Source of the DNA: Prorocentrum cordatum | Taxonomy: Eukaryota | Direction of reading: 5' to 3' | DNA: 64,000 bases | Assembly: GCA_963575745.1 (NCBI GenBank) | Contig: CAUYUJ010000294.1 | Coordinates: forward strand, 1 to 64,000 | Part shown: one piece after another, positions 12,601 through 25,677 of the stretch | Layout: the number at the start of each line of letters is the position of its first letter | Position numbering within the stretch: the first letter of the stretch is position 1 | Position numbers and translations under genes: made by a program | The notes under the pieces: model-generated | What the model was told of the DNA's origin: nothing | Databases searched by the model: none | What the model saw: only the letters and a program-made list of their open reading frames with translations

Positions 12601-14917
12601 CAACGAAGCAGCAAGAGATCCGCGCGGACCTCCGGCAACTCTCGCTTCTACCATTCTCTGTCCCTTGATCCAGACCCGGGTCTCCTGACCTGTGGTAGCG
12701 CCTTGCTGTGCGACTCGAGGCGCCGACTGCGCCCAGCAGCGCACTGCCGTGCGCAAGCCGCGAAGGAAAAGCATCGGAAGACACATCGCTCGTCGCGAGA
12801 AAGCGCGGCGGGGGGCCTCTGCCCACCTCTGGCCCCCAAGGGCCCTTGCCGGGCCCCGGGGACGGTCGACGAGCCTGTCCCGGGGAAAGGTCGTCCAGGC
12901 CTGTGAAGGAGTCGTGGCGTCGAAAAGTCCGGCGATGAAGGAGGCCACGCGAGGGAAGACAAAGGGGCGGGCGGGGAGGGGGTGCAGTCAAAGAGCAGAA
13001 AGTGGGGATGCGCTGTAAGGATGCAAGGGCCATGAAAAACGATATTGACATGTATCGAATGGAGTGGCAACGAAAGTCGCCAAGGATGCGCCGACGGGGC
13101 AAGGGTGCAAGCTCCACCGTGGAAAATTGTGAATCCTTACGATCTGCTTTGATTGTTGGGGAACGGGGGGAACGGCAGGGGAGCGGTGGTTAAAGAAAGG
13201 GCGGGGGGGAGTGGATGAGATGATGGAGTCAGGGGGGGAGAAAAACGGCAGAATGGTCGAGGGAGACGAGGTAATGAGGAGGCTAGCTCGTGGTGGGCGG
13301 GCGGGGTGAAGCGAACGGACTCAGCGCACCTGATCCTGCCAACACCGAGCACGAGCGCAGGGCCCTCAGAGAACGAGCCCGCCGCCCAACCCCCAGGCCT
13401 GTCCTGGGCGACAGGGCGGCGTCTCCTGAAAAGCGCACGCGGCTGCAGCAGCAACCACCGCGTGCCCCACGGCGGCGGCGCGCGCAGCGGAGGGGGAGGG
13501 ACGCCCTCGCCTCCCCTCTCCTCCCCGGCCTCGCTATCGCTCGGACGTCCATTCCCTGTTTTTTGTCGGTTTCGTGCGTGGTTTCTTCGCCAAATGATCA
13601 AGGATGCTCCTCGATGGTCCCCGCCGAAGGGAAAATGCACACGTCCGAGCGATGCCAAGCCCCTGGACCCTCCCTGGCACCGTCCTCGCGGGCCTCCCAC
13701 GCCGCGCATGGGTCGCGGCGGCACGAGGCGTGCACGGGGAGGAGGCGGCAGGCTCCTCCTCCTGGCCATCGCTCGGACGTCCATTTCCTGTGTTTTTGTT
13801 CGGTTTCGTGCGTGGTTCTTTCGCGAAATAATCAAGGATGTTCCTCGATGGCCCTCGCCAAGGAAAAAAATGCACACGTCCGAGCGATGCCAGGCCTGTG
13901 GCCACGCGTCTCTGGATCCAGGTGCTCCTGTGTTCTGCCCGCGCTGGGACTCCGGAGGGTTGGTCGGGGACGTGGGCCGGGGTGTTCTTTTTCTCTCGAG
14001 GGCCCCACGAGGCAGAACGTAACACTGGCCGCCTCAACCCGATCGACGGGCGGCAGCTGCCGCGTCCCCCCGCGCTCGCACGCGGGCTGCCAGCGCCTGC
14101 GTGCCTGGCGTAGACACGAGGCGCGAGCGTGAGGCAAACGGTTTACTGACCTCTGCAGTCGCTGCCACGTTGGCGGGGGCGGAGAAGAGGGGTAGGAGGA
14201 GGGAGGGGTGGTGAAGGATTGACTGTCGCGGGGGAGGTCGCACTACGGTACTCTGGCGGGGCTCCACTTGGGCTCCGCGTAGGAAAAGGGAGTGGGAGAG
14301 GGGAGGAGGCAAGCTAGGTGCGATCGCGTCATATCTGACATCCTACCCCTCCATGGCGTAGACCCCCTCTCTACTCGCACAGTCGGATGTCGAGCAAGGC
14401 AATGATCCCGAAAGGGTACGCGATGCATTGCAGAGCACGGCATGGTATGGCGTAGAAGAGCACCGCATAGCGTAGTATGTCACAGCATGGCGTGGCGTGG
14501 CGTTGTGAAGAATTGCATCACAAAGCCTTGCAACGCAACGCATGGCATCGCACAGCGGCCCCGAACATAACATTGCATATAATGACGTTGAAGATCAAAG
14601 CGTAGCATGGCATAGTATGACGTGGCACTTACGCACTGGATATGACAGCTGCAGCTGAAGGCATGGCATCGCGCAGCGGAACGCAACTAGCATTGCATTG
14701 CATGCCGTGGCATGGCACTGGAAATGACGCCAGCGCTGCAGCGGGAGCACGATTCGGAACGAGAGGAAGCGCGGAAATGAGGCCAACGCTGCAGCGGGAG
14801 CACGATTCGGAACGGGCGGAAGCACGGAAATGAGGCCAGAGCTGCAGCGGGAGCACGATTCGGAACGAGCGGAAGCCCGAAAATGAAGCCCGCGCCTGAG
14901 CGAGAGCATCATTTTGG

Positions 14918-14953
<36 letters not shown>

Positions 14954-17900
14954 AAGCGAAACCCCAACTCCGGGAAATCCTGTGTAACAAAACAGTACGC
15001 GGAGGGGTGCCCGCTATCTTTCGCACGCCATCAGGGGATGGAGGAGAGTAGTATTCAAATTGTGTAATTGTGGAGGACGATGACGACGACGACGACCTCG
15101 ATCCCCCTTCCAAGACCACCCCCTCCACAGGAGAAGACCTCACGCATGCTTGCCTGTCGGGGCAAGAGGAGGGGAGATGCGAGTGGAAACGATGAAGAGG
15201 CGCACCCCATTACGCGACTTTGTCTGAACATATCTCTACCAGAACAACGCGCGCTTATATTCTAACAAAGGCAAAGCCAGCGTCGTATCAGTCAGCGGAT
15301 GGGCACGCACGCCATCCCACCACGATCACTACGTGGGAACACCTGCGCCATCGTGGGCATACATATCGAATAACGCTTCCCCGCCTATTTGGCACATCGT
15401 TCACACGGATCATACCCTCAAAGATCTCCACCTACGGCCCCCCACCCACACCCCTCACAAAGATCGTGCCCCACAGGGAGCTCCACCTACGGCCTCATTG
15501 CACAGCGGCGCGCCCCTCACGCGGTTAGTGCTGCCCCGCAAGTAACTGCACGTCAAGGGAAACTTCGCACAGTATCACCCCACTCACGCTGGCACATCTC
15601 TCACACGGATTGGGCCCCACAAGGAGCTCCACGGACTGCCCCAGAGACAACGTTTGCATTACGCCCCCCCCCCCCGCCCATTGCGGTACACCCCTCACCC
15701 AGAACTTGCCAGACAGGGAGCACCACCCACAGCCCCAGAGACAAGGTCTTCGAATCGCCCCTCCGCCCATGTCGGAACACTGTTCACGCGAATCGCGCCC
15801 TGGAACGAGCTCCACCTATGGCACCAATGAGCAACTTCGCATGGCGTCCCTCCGCCCATGGGTACATGCCTCACATGGGCCGTGCCCTTCAGGAAGATCC
15901 ACCTGCGGCATTGGTGGGCGGCTTCGTGCGAGGGTACCTGGATTCTTCGGCACCCCTTTCCCGCGGATCGTGCCCCACACGGAGTTCAGCCTGCCTGTGC
16001 AGCCCGTTATCAGCTGTCCCGCGTCCCGCGGCGCGCGATATATGAAGAGAGGGCCACGCCCTGCGCTACACGTGCCGGCATAGGGATGGATCTGTCGCTT
16101 GGCCAATTGTTTGCTTATCGATGGCCTTCGGCCTATACCGCCTCCACGTCTGAGTGTAAGGACAGATGATGCTTGGATACCTGTAATGCAAAGTCTTTTG
16201 GCATGCTTCTCGGACACCTCGTGGAGCAAGTTTTGGAATGAACCATGGCCTTTGGGGGGCAGTTCGGGGCCTCTTTTGGGGCCCTTGGAGGCCTCTTGGG
16301 GGCCTCTTGGGGGCCTGCTTGCGGCCTCGGGGGTCCCTTTTGGGCGGAGGGCTCGAACTGTGAGTTCGGGTTCCCCCTCTTGAGCATCTCGTGGGGCCCT
16401 CCTGGACCATCTTGGACACCTCGTCTTGGGGCCGTCTTGGGGCTCTCTTGAAGGTTTCTTAGACCGTCTTGGGGCGATCTTGGGGGCCTCTGGGGCCGTT
16501 GTGGACACCGCAAATATTCAAAAAGCGAAAATACTAAAAGTATGCCATTGTTTAGGGCATGCTGCAATTTGGGCCATCTGGGGGCGCTCTTGGGAACATC
16601 TTGGAGCCTTCTTAGAGCGTCTTGGTGGCCTCTCGGGCCGTCTGGAGGCCATCTCGGGGCGTTTTGGGCCCTCTTGCGCCACTCTCGTCGCTCAGCCGTC
16701 CTCCCCGGAGGGGTTTTGGCGGCCGGAAGGCCAGGGGGAGGCCCGGTAGGCGCCCGAGGGTGTGCTCAAAATGAAGGGAAATCTGGTAAGGTGTATTGGC
16801 CTGGGGCCCAGGGCCCCGATACCCCAACACTATGCGTATATAATTATATGTGTATGCGTGTATGTAAGTATGTAGATGCCCCTGTATATGTGTACCGTTG
16901 TATGTATACGTGCATGATTATATCTATATGTGTATATCTATGTATATGTATGCATGCATATGTGTATATGTTGGTGTACAGACAAGCATACAAACATGCA
17001 TACATACATGCATACATACATACAGACGGACAGATAGACAGGCAGGCAGGCAGGCAGACCGACCGACCGACAGGCAGAGGATCACACATATATTATGTAT
17101 ATGTATATATACATTGTATATATATATGTATATCTATATATGCACCTGCATCTATGTATGTATGCATGCTTACATACAAGACTGCAGTGGCGCTTCGCAC
17201 CATGTCTCTTGGTCCTTCACGTCCTCCTCAATCCTCCTCCTCCTCCGGAGGAGGAGGATGCGGAGGAGGAGGGGGACGAGGAGGAGGAGGAGGAGGAGGA
17301 GGAGGAGGAGTGGAGTGGAGCCAAAAGGCGGACCGTGTCGAGGCGCCATGGCCAAACCGTGAGTGCAGGAGTCGGCTCGAGCACTCATTGGCTCAAGGGC
17401 CACCCCAGCGCCTCCATCGCGGCTGGAGTGCGCGCGGGCTCGTCCAGACTCTGCGGCTGGAAGAGCAGGAGGAGGAACCCTCCTCCTCCTGAGCCCCAGG
17501 GGCTGTAGACTGGGCCCTCCTGCCGCCCTGGGCCACCGCGGCGCCTGGGTGCGCTGGTCAGTGTGCAGATCGATGTCGAGGCTCTCCTCCTCGATCCTCC
17601 TCGATCCTCGTCCTCGGTGCTCCTCCTCGATCCTGCACTAACCATCTCCCCTCCTCCTCCTCCTCCTCCACAATTACACAATATGAAAATACTCTCCCAC
17701 TTCCCCTGATGGCGTCCCGAAGAAGGCCGACCCCCCCCCCGCGTACTGTTTTTTACACACAGGACTCCCGGGAAACGGGTTTTCGCCTGCGTTTTTGTTC
17801 AAAATGCTGCTCTCGCTGAGGCGCCGGCCTCATTTCTGCTCCCGAATCGTTCCGAATCGTGCTCCCGCTGCAGCGTGGGCCTCATTTTCGGATCGGTGTT

Positions 17901-20900
17901 TGGCCTCCGTCGTTCAGGATGGCGTTCTCGCCCCAGCGCGGGCCTCTTTCTCGCGCGCCCATCCGCCCGCCACCACCGCGCCGCACCACCACCACCACCA
18001 CCACCACCACCACCACCACCACCACCACCACCACCACCATCACAACCACCACCACCACCACACCAGCACCAGCACCAGCACCAGCACAGCACCAGCACCA
18101 GCACCACAACCACGCACACACGCACGCACGCACGCACGCACGCACGCACCACCACCACCCACTACGCACGCGCGCGCGGAGCCACAGGTCCGCTACGACA
18201 CGCGTCCGCGGATAGAGAAAATCAGCGCCATGGTAAGGGATGGGAGGGAGGGGTAGGACGTCAGATATGACGCGAGCGCACCTAGCTTGTCCTCCTCCCC
18301 CTCCCCCTCCCCCTCCCCCTCCTCCTCCTCCTCCTCCTCATCTTCCTCCTCCTCCTCCTCCTTCTACTGCTCCCCAAGGGGGATCCATCGGCCCCCTTGG
18401 GCCACCGGGGCGCCTTTGTGCGCTGGTCGATGTGCAGCTTGGTGACGAGGGGATCCACCACCTCTCTGCCCTGAGCACGCCGGGAAGCCGGGATCAGTCA
18501 CGACGGGCAGCGCGGCGGGAGGCCAAACTCAGGGGGAGAAAGCAGGGGAACGAAGAACGGCATCAACACAACAGCTCGGAGGTCCACGCGGATTTCTCGG
18601 ATCGGCGCTGGAGACCCCTGGCGCGCTGCGCGCGTCGGGGGGGGTGTCCAGCGCGGATCCGAGAAATCCGCGCGGACCTCCGAGCTTGTATGTGTTATGC
18701 CATCCTTTGTCCCCCATAGAGTGGCATCGAGCGCGAATCGGCGATTCGTGGCCGACAGATCGGCGAGAAGCGCCCGATAGCGAAACAGCATGCTCCTGGG
18801 CTGGGTGGGCTGTCGGTGGGGACTTTTCGGCGATCCGTGGGCGAATTGTAACTCTAGTCGTCCCCCCCCTGAGTCTACGAACGCTGCCCCTGAAGTCAGA
18901 AGATGAGGAGGAAGAAGAGAATATGGAGGAGGGAGGAGGAGGAAGGAGGAGGGAGGAGGAGGAGGGAGGAGGAGGAGGGAGGAGGAGAAGGGCGGAGGAA
19001 GGAGGTTGAAGGTGGAGGAGGGAGAATGCGGAGGAGGAGGAGGAGGAGGAGGAGGAGGAGGAGAAAAAGGAGGGAGAGGCGGGAGAAGGAAGTAGGGAGG
19101 AGGGAGGAGGAGGGAGGAGGGAGGAGGGGGAAATAGGGCGGAAGGAGGAGGGACGAGGGAGGAGGGAGAAGGGAAGGAAGAGGGGGGAGGAAGGAGGAGG
19201 AGGGAGGAGGGTGGAGGGAGGACGGAGTAAGACGGAGGAGGGAGGAGGGAGGAGGGCGTAGGAAGGAGAAAGGAGAAGGATGAGGAGGGACGCAGAATCA
19301 TAATCAGGAGGAGGAGGCGGAGGAGGAGGGGGAGGAGGAGGAGAGGGGGAAATTACGTGGGCCTCCAATGCGTATGGCTGATCAACGGAGCTGGTTCACA
19401 GTATTGCCCCATGGGAAAGGTTTCGGGCTTTGCTACGATCAGGCAACGATATTGTGCGAAAGCCGCGCCCCTGGTTCTGATTCCTCCTGCTATCTCCTCC
19501 CTCTCCGCTGTCTGACTAGCCCCTTTGGGTGGGAATGGATGTCGTCCACGTCGGGTCTCGCGGTATATGCCCCCATCCCGAAGGGGTCGAAGGGGCAGGC
19601 TGGTGGTGCTAAGGAATGCTGGCGCACTGGGGATGGGGACAGGTCTGACGATATTGACCAACTCGTCCCTCCTTCCCTTCACCCGACCCCCCCTAGAGCT
19701 GCGAAGGGCTTGATGTGCGCACCAAAGCGCTTCATCGGCCAAGGAGCTTGGTGCATAGGCGCCCCAGTTTCCCGACCTGTGGCACGAGGCAGCGCCTACA
19801 CGCCGAATCCATACGTCGAACTGTTGGGCTCGTTGGCTGGACAACTGGGGGGACTGAGGAGGTACACCCATTCCGCTGTTCCCTGGACCTCCCCTGGGGT
19901 GCGTTCTGACCAGAATCTCGAGGATCATGCACGCAGCGGACCGCGGCCCTGCGGAGAGCAAGTGGGGGAAGCCGTGGACCCGGGAGGTTCAGAGGCAGAA
20001 GCCATCGCTGCAGAAGCCACCTCCTCGCTGAAACGGCAAGGGGGTCTGAACTGGATGGGCCTCGAGAAGATCGGTCAGGAAAGGGGGGCAATGGCAAATC
20101 CGTTAAAAAACCGTCCCCTGACCTCTCCCAGGGTCCATGTGTTGCAGTGTTTCACCCTGGGTCGGTTTTGTGACGGTGCCTGGAGGTCGCATTGTAACAA
20201 CAAATACTTCTGGAGCCCAGAACCTCGAGCCTCCCCCCTTCCTGCTGGCCAGCACCAGTGGTGGGCCATCTCAAACCCCCAGCCAGCTCCAAGTCCCAAG
20301 TCTCTGGCTGCACCGCGTCGATGACATGGTCTTTTCTTGGATCTCGAGTGCGTCTTGGGGGTGAAGTCCGCGGAAAACCCCAGTCGGTCAAATTGACACA
20401 GACGCACCACCCACACCCGGCGGCAAACCAAAACTTTGGACTTGAAATACCGGCTGGCTTGCGCTTGCTCGTAGGCTTCACCAGCGAGGCGGTTGACCAG
20501 CTTGGCGTCTTTTGTGGCACTCGGAGGAAGGCATTCCCTGACCCTGGGCCCCACACGCCCTAGATCTGATTCGAAGGCCATATGCGAAACCTACCCCGCC
20601 AACAAATGATTTTTCCAAATGGGGAGATGGGGCGCAGTTCGATCGGGGCCTCCATTGCGAAGTGAAACGCACCTCCCTCCTTAGAAACGTGAAGTCGTGG
20701 GGTGGTGGGGTACGGCAGGTTCGCGTCGCGTCGCCCCTGGCGTTGGTTCCCGACAAAGCGGGGACCGTTAAACTTGAACGATCGGCCGTTTCAGAAACGC
20801 CAGCTTGTTCAACGACGGGCCGAATCTAGGCCGCGGACGGCGTTCAACCTTGCGCGCCAACGGTAAGGTCGCGACGCGAAACTACCGCGCGCTGTCTGGC

Positions 20901-23900
20901 CAGCCGTCGGCCGCCCGCCCCCCCGCGGGGAGAAAGAAGAGGAGGCGGAGGCGAAAGAAGAGGAGGAGCAAGAGGAAGGATGATGACGAGGAGGAAGAGG
21001 AGGAGGAGGAGGAGGAGAAAATGGAGGAGGGCGAGGCGGAGGACGCAGGAGAAGGAGGAGGAGGAGGAGGAGGAGGGACAAGCAGGAGGGGGGGGAGAAG
21101 GAAACAGAGGAAAAAGGAGGAGGCGGGATGGGAGGAGAAGGAGGAGAAGGAAAAGGAGGAGGAGGAGGAGAAGGAGGAGGAGGAGGGGGAGGATATGAAG
21201 GAGGAGGAAGAGGACGCGGAGGCGGATGAGGAGGAAAGATGAGGGGCGAGGGGAGAGGGGAGGAGGAAGGGAAGGGGGGGGAGAAGGTAGGAGGAGGCGG
21301 GGAGAGGGAGGAGGGGAGGAGGGAGGAGCGAGGAGGGACGGGGAGACGGAGGGAGAGGAGGAGGAAGGGGAGGAGGAAGAGGAGGAGAAGGAGAAGGAGG
21401 CGGATGCGGATGATAAACGAAAGGGCGAGGAGGAGGAAAAGGAGGAGGATAACGAGCAGGAGGTGGAGGCGGAGGACAAGGAGACGGAGGAGAGGAGAGG
21501 TGGGGGGAGGCGGAGGCGAGGAGGAGGGGGGGGGGAAGGGGAGGAGACGGAGGAGAGGAGGAGGAGGAGGAGGAGGAGGAGGAACAGGAGGAGGAGGACC
21601 AGGAGGACGGAGGAGGAGGAGGAGGAGGAAAAGGAGGAGAGGAGGAGGAGGAGGAAGAGGAAGAAGAGAGGGATGAGGAGGAGGAGGAGGAGGAGGAGGA
21701 GGAGGAGGAGGAGGAGGAGGAGGAGGAGGAGGAGGAGGAGGAGGAGGAGGAGGAGGAGAGGAGGAGGAGGAGGAGGAGGAGGAGGAGGAGGAGGGAGGCG
21801 GAGGAGGGGGGAGGAGGAGGAGGAGGAGGAGGAGGAGGAGGAGAAAATGGAGGAGGGCGAGGCGGAGGACGCAGGAGAAGGAGGAGGAGGAGGAGAAAGA
21901 GGGAGGATGACGAGGAGGAGGAGGAGGATGACGTGGAGGAGGAGGAGGAGGAGGAGGAGGGTGGAGGGAGGTTTTTTTCCCCACCCATCAGAGGTCTGGC
22001 CACTGGGGCCAGCTTGAAACGGGCCCGAAACCTAGCGGGGAGAAGCTGGAGCCTTGCCAGCTCCGTGCAGCTGTCCCAAGAGGGGCCAATGAACAATAAT
22101 CCTATTCTCATTCCCGTGATTGGGGTGCTTGCTCTGCAGAAATCGGCGCAACTTGTGCTGTGTTGCCTCATTGCGCTTCCACCCGGGGATCCCAAAACTG
22201 AGACAAACCTTGCCGAGGCCCAGTGGTTTCGTGGAAGCGTGCTGGCAGCACTTCTTGCAGAACAACAATGTACCACCCACCTCGGCGTCAGGCCGCGGGG
22301 TGAGCTCACACCACTCAATATCGTGTGTGTGTGGGCGAATTCGGTCACACACTGAAAGCTGGGCGGCACATCGCTCTGCCTACAGTCCCGCTGGTCCAGG
22401 GAACTGTGCGGGGTCACCTTATACCTCAAACATAGCTTGCACTGCCAGCGGGAGGGTCCGACCTGGATAAAATCGTGGGCGATTTTGCAGGCGGGGACCT
22501 TGGGGCACTGTGCCCGTCGGAGGTCCTTCCATTCAAATTGGGGCGCTGGCCCCGAAGCAAGGACACTGGCAGCAGCTACGGCGAATTTCGAGACCCGCGC
22601 AAGCTAGTCTTCGAAATGGGCCAGAGTGGGGCCGTGGATATCGTGCAGCTTGCAGGCCGACTTGGCAGCCTGGTCGGCCTGGTCATTTAACCAGGCCCTC
22701 CATTCAGCGGGAGACGCGGGGCTCTCAGGGACCTCCACATGGGCCTTCTGCTTGTGGAGCCCTTTTAAAGGCGGCGTCTTGCCGTGGCAGCCCCCTCCAG
22801 AGGCCAGCGAAACGACTCCTGTAGGGCGAGGCAATCTATACATATCCACTGCTCCCTGGCCAGGCCCATCCTGAACACAGCAGCTGTGTATACGCCACGC
22901 CCTCCTGGTTTGGCCAGGAGGGCGTATACACAGCTCCTGGGTTCAGGATGGGCCTGGCCAGGGAGCAGTGGATATGTATAGACTTCGTCCCCCGATCCTG
23001 GGGGTCGCACCTGCCACAACCCCGGCACGGGCAATTGAGAGGACCACCGAGCAATCCCCAACGTAGTCACAGGAGCCATCACTAAATCTGGCCCCTCCCG
23101 CAAAAGCCTGGTGCTCCGCCTCCACGGCCGTCTGGGCCGAGGTGGGCGGGAGGGCCCCTAGGAGACGGTGGAGTTTGCCCGTGGCTGGGTTCCACTGCGC
23201 ACCCCCGAACCCCCCCCGACGAAGCGACTCGAGCAGCGAAGGCGAGGCCGATCCGTCACCAGCCACGGGCTCCCCTGAGACAAAACGGTACCGCGACAGA
23301 CTGACCTCCTCATCCCCGACGGAAGCACGAGTGACAGACGACGGAGGCGCGAGGTGGAGGGAGGGACTCTGCGGCAGCAGGTGGCACTGGAGAGCGCAGT
23401 CGGCACTGGCGCGGAGGGCGGCGACGGCCTCAGGCCAGGCGTCACCCTGTTCACTTCTGCCACTCTCAGCGCGCCGCAGTCCATGACGCGGTGCAGCGGG
23501 GTGTCCTCGACGCCGCGTGCCGCGCACAGCGGGCTGACCGCGTAGCCCCGTCGGGCGGCCAGCGTCCTGGTCATGAACGTGCCGCCGAACACCGAGACGA
23601 GGATGTGGCGATGGAGGGGTCGATGCGCTTGGCGCCCACGAGTCCTCAACGCCTCTCACCAGATCGGCATGTCCGTCAGGCCGAAGAGCGAGGCTGCAGC
23701 TGCATCCGCACGCCGTTCAACTTCACGTAGCACGTCGGTCTGGAAGATCAGGCCAACCTCCTTAGGCCCTCGAGCGAGGACGGAGATTTCGCCTTGCGTG
23801 GGCGAGAGGAAGGAGGTCGCACGCACGGCGGTCCAGCCCGCCCACTTCAGCACGCGCAACATGGCCCCAATGGGCCCTGCCTCAGCGCGACCCTCGTGGT

Positions 23901-25641
23901 AGTCGCCGAGGGCCACGTCGAAGGCAGCCTTCAGACAGGGGACTGGGATGACGCGCCCATTCGCCTGCCTGCGGTCTGTGGTGCGCCACCATCCCTCCGC
24001 GTACCTCACAATGCCAGCCGATGCGAGGTCGCCCAGCGGATCCAAGGCGGGAAGCAGCGCGCCCATGATGTCGCTGCTGACGTACGGGTGCCCGTGCACG
24101 CGCTTCGCGCGGGAGCGGAAGTCGCTGATCTCGAGGTCCGTGCAACCCGTAACCTCGCCACCCCAGCGTGCAGACGGGAGCACCGCAGTGCGCCAGACCC
24201 GCTTGCAGCCCGCCACAACGGCGGCCGCCTGCAGCTCCTTGCCCATCCGCGCTCGGCCCAGGCGTAGCCTCGCCCTCCTCACAGGGCCTGCGCTGTGGAC
24301 GACGCCAGGGAGCTCGCGTCTGTGGCTGGCGGCGCCGCTGCGACGAGCACCGGGCACCCCGCGCAGTTGGGCGCGGCGGCCCGCGCGAAAGTCCACGCCG
24401 AGGTACCGGAGCCCGTCCCGCGCCGGCGGCACGCAGCCTTCGGCGGCAGGCCAAGGCTGCGGAGGGCGTCCTGCGCACAGCTGGAGCTGCGGTCCGTGGA
24501 GCCGAGAACGGCGCCCTTGCCGCTGGCCAGCTCCATGTGCAGGTCCTGCTGCAGCGCGGCCTTAAGGTCCCTGGCGGCGTCGACGAGGAGCGCCATGGCC
24601 TGGCCCTAAGAGGGCGGAAGGAGGAAGGAGGAGGGAGGAAAAGAGGAGCAGGGAATCAGGAGGGGGAGGAGGAGGAGGAATAAGGAGAGGAGGAGGATGA
24701 GGGCGAGGAGGAGGAGGAGGAGGCTAGACTCGACCTAAGATGGGGTGGGGACTTCTGGACCGAATCCCGAAAACGTGAATGTGGGTATGACACTAATTCC
24801 CCGGGACTTTGTCGGCGATGCAGCTTTGCACCTGAAGCCCCACTGCGCCGTTTCTGGAAATGCCCGTGCAATGGCGATATTCCCCGCCCTGCCGTGGAAC
24901 GTTCGCAGCCTCTTGGTGCTCGTGCACTTGAAGTGGCACCTGACTGTCCCGCTGTTTGGTGCCGCGGGCTCATGCCAAGATCCAGGTCGATAGGCTATGT
25001 TCCGCCGCCCACCGGTCAAGTTTGGTCCCGGGGATCTTAGACGCGACCGGACACCTGGAGGAGTCTCTGGGACCGGGTCGGGGGGTACACATGCTAAGGA
25101 CTGGAGACTAAGGCGGCGCGGTTGGGCGCGTGCCCGCTCAGGCCCATCTTCGAACGACGTTGACGGCTTCCGCGCTGGCATTCTTCCTGGAGAGCACCAG
25201 AGTTCCCAGAGGGCCGAGCTGCAGAGCCTGGTCATGCTACTTCGGCACACGCAAGGGCGAGTACCTATCTGTTCCGAATACCTGCCTGTGGCGCCAAGTT
25301 TTCGAAAGGCGCTTGAATTCGAATTCGCGCGACTCGGGACCCACGCAGGGTCCTGGGTTTGACCCCCAGGCTCTGCTCTCGCCGGCCAGGGAGCATGGTG
25401 TCCGCATCCCGGTCGAAGGCGGCACCCATGGCGTGCTCAGCTGCTGATCTCCGCCACGAAGGTGGCGAAGAGCTGGGCCAGGTCGCGGGCGCGGGCGGCC
25501 GCGGCCGACCGTCCCACGTGCGCCCGCCGCTCGGCCCGTGGCCGCCGAGAAGGAGGAGGAAAAGGAGGAGGAGGAGGGAAGAGGAGGAGGAGGGATGAGG
25601 AGGAGGAGGGATGAGGAGAGGGGAAAGAATAATGGTGATAC

Positions 25642-25677
<36 letters not shown>

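Noticed and set aside
17386..17397. CATTGGCTCAAG, a possible plus-strand SL relic
   Set aside because: Only a 10-nt match to the SL 3' end, with no convincing downstream coding sequence.
19368..20581. 318-aa plus-strand ORF and overlapping minus-strand ORFs
   Set aside because: No recognisable motif or splice structure, and it includes a repeat fragment (~19860-19925). It may be old retroelement debris but cannot be supported.
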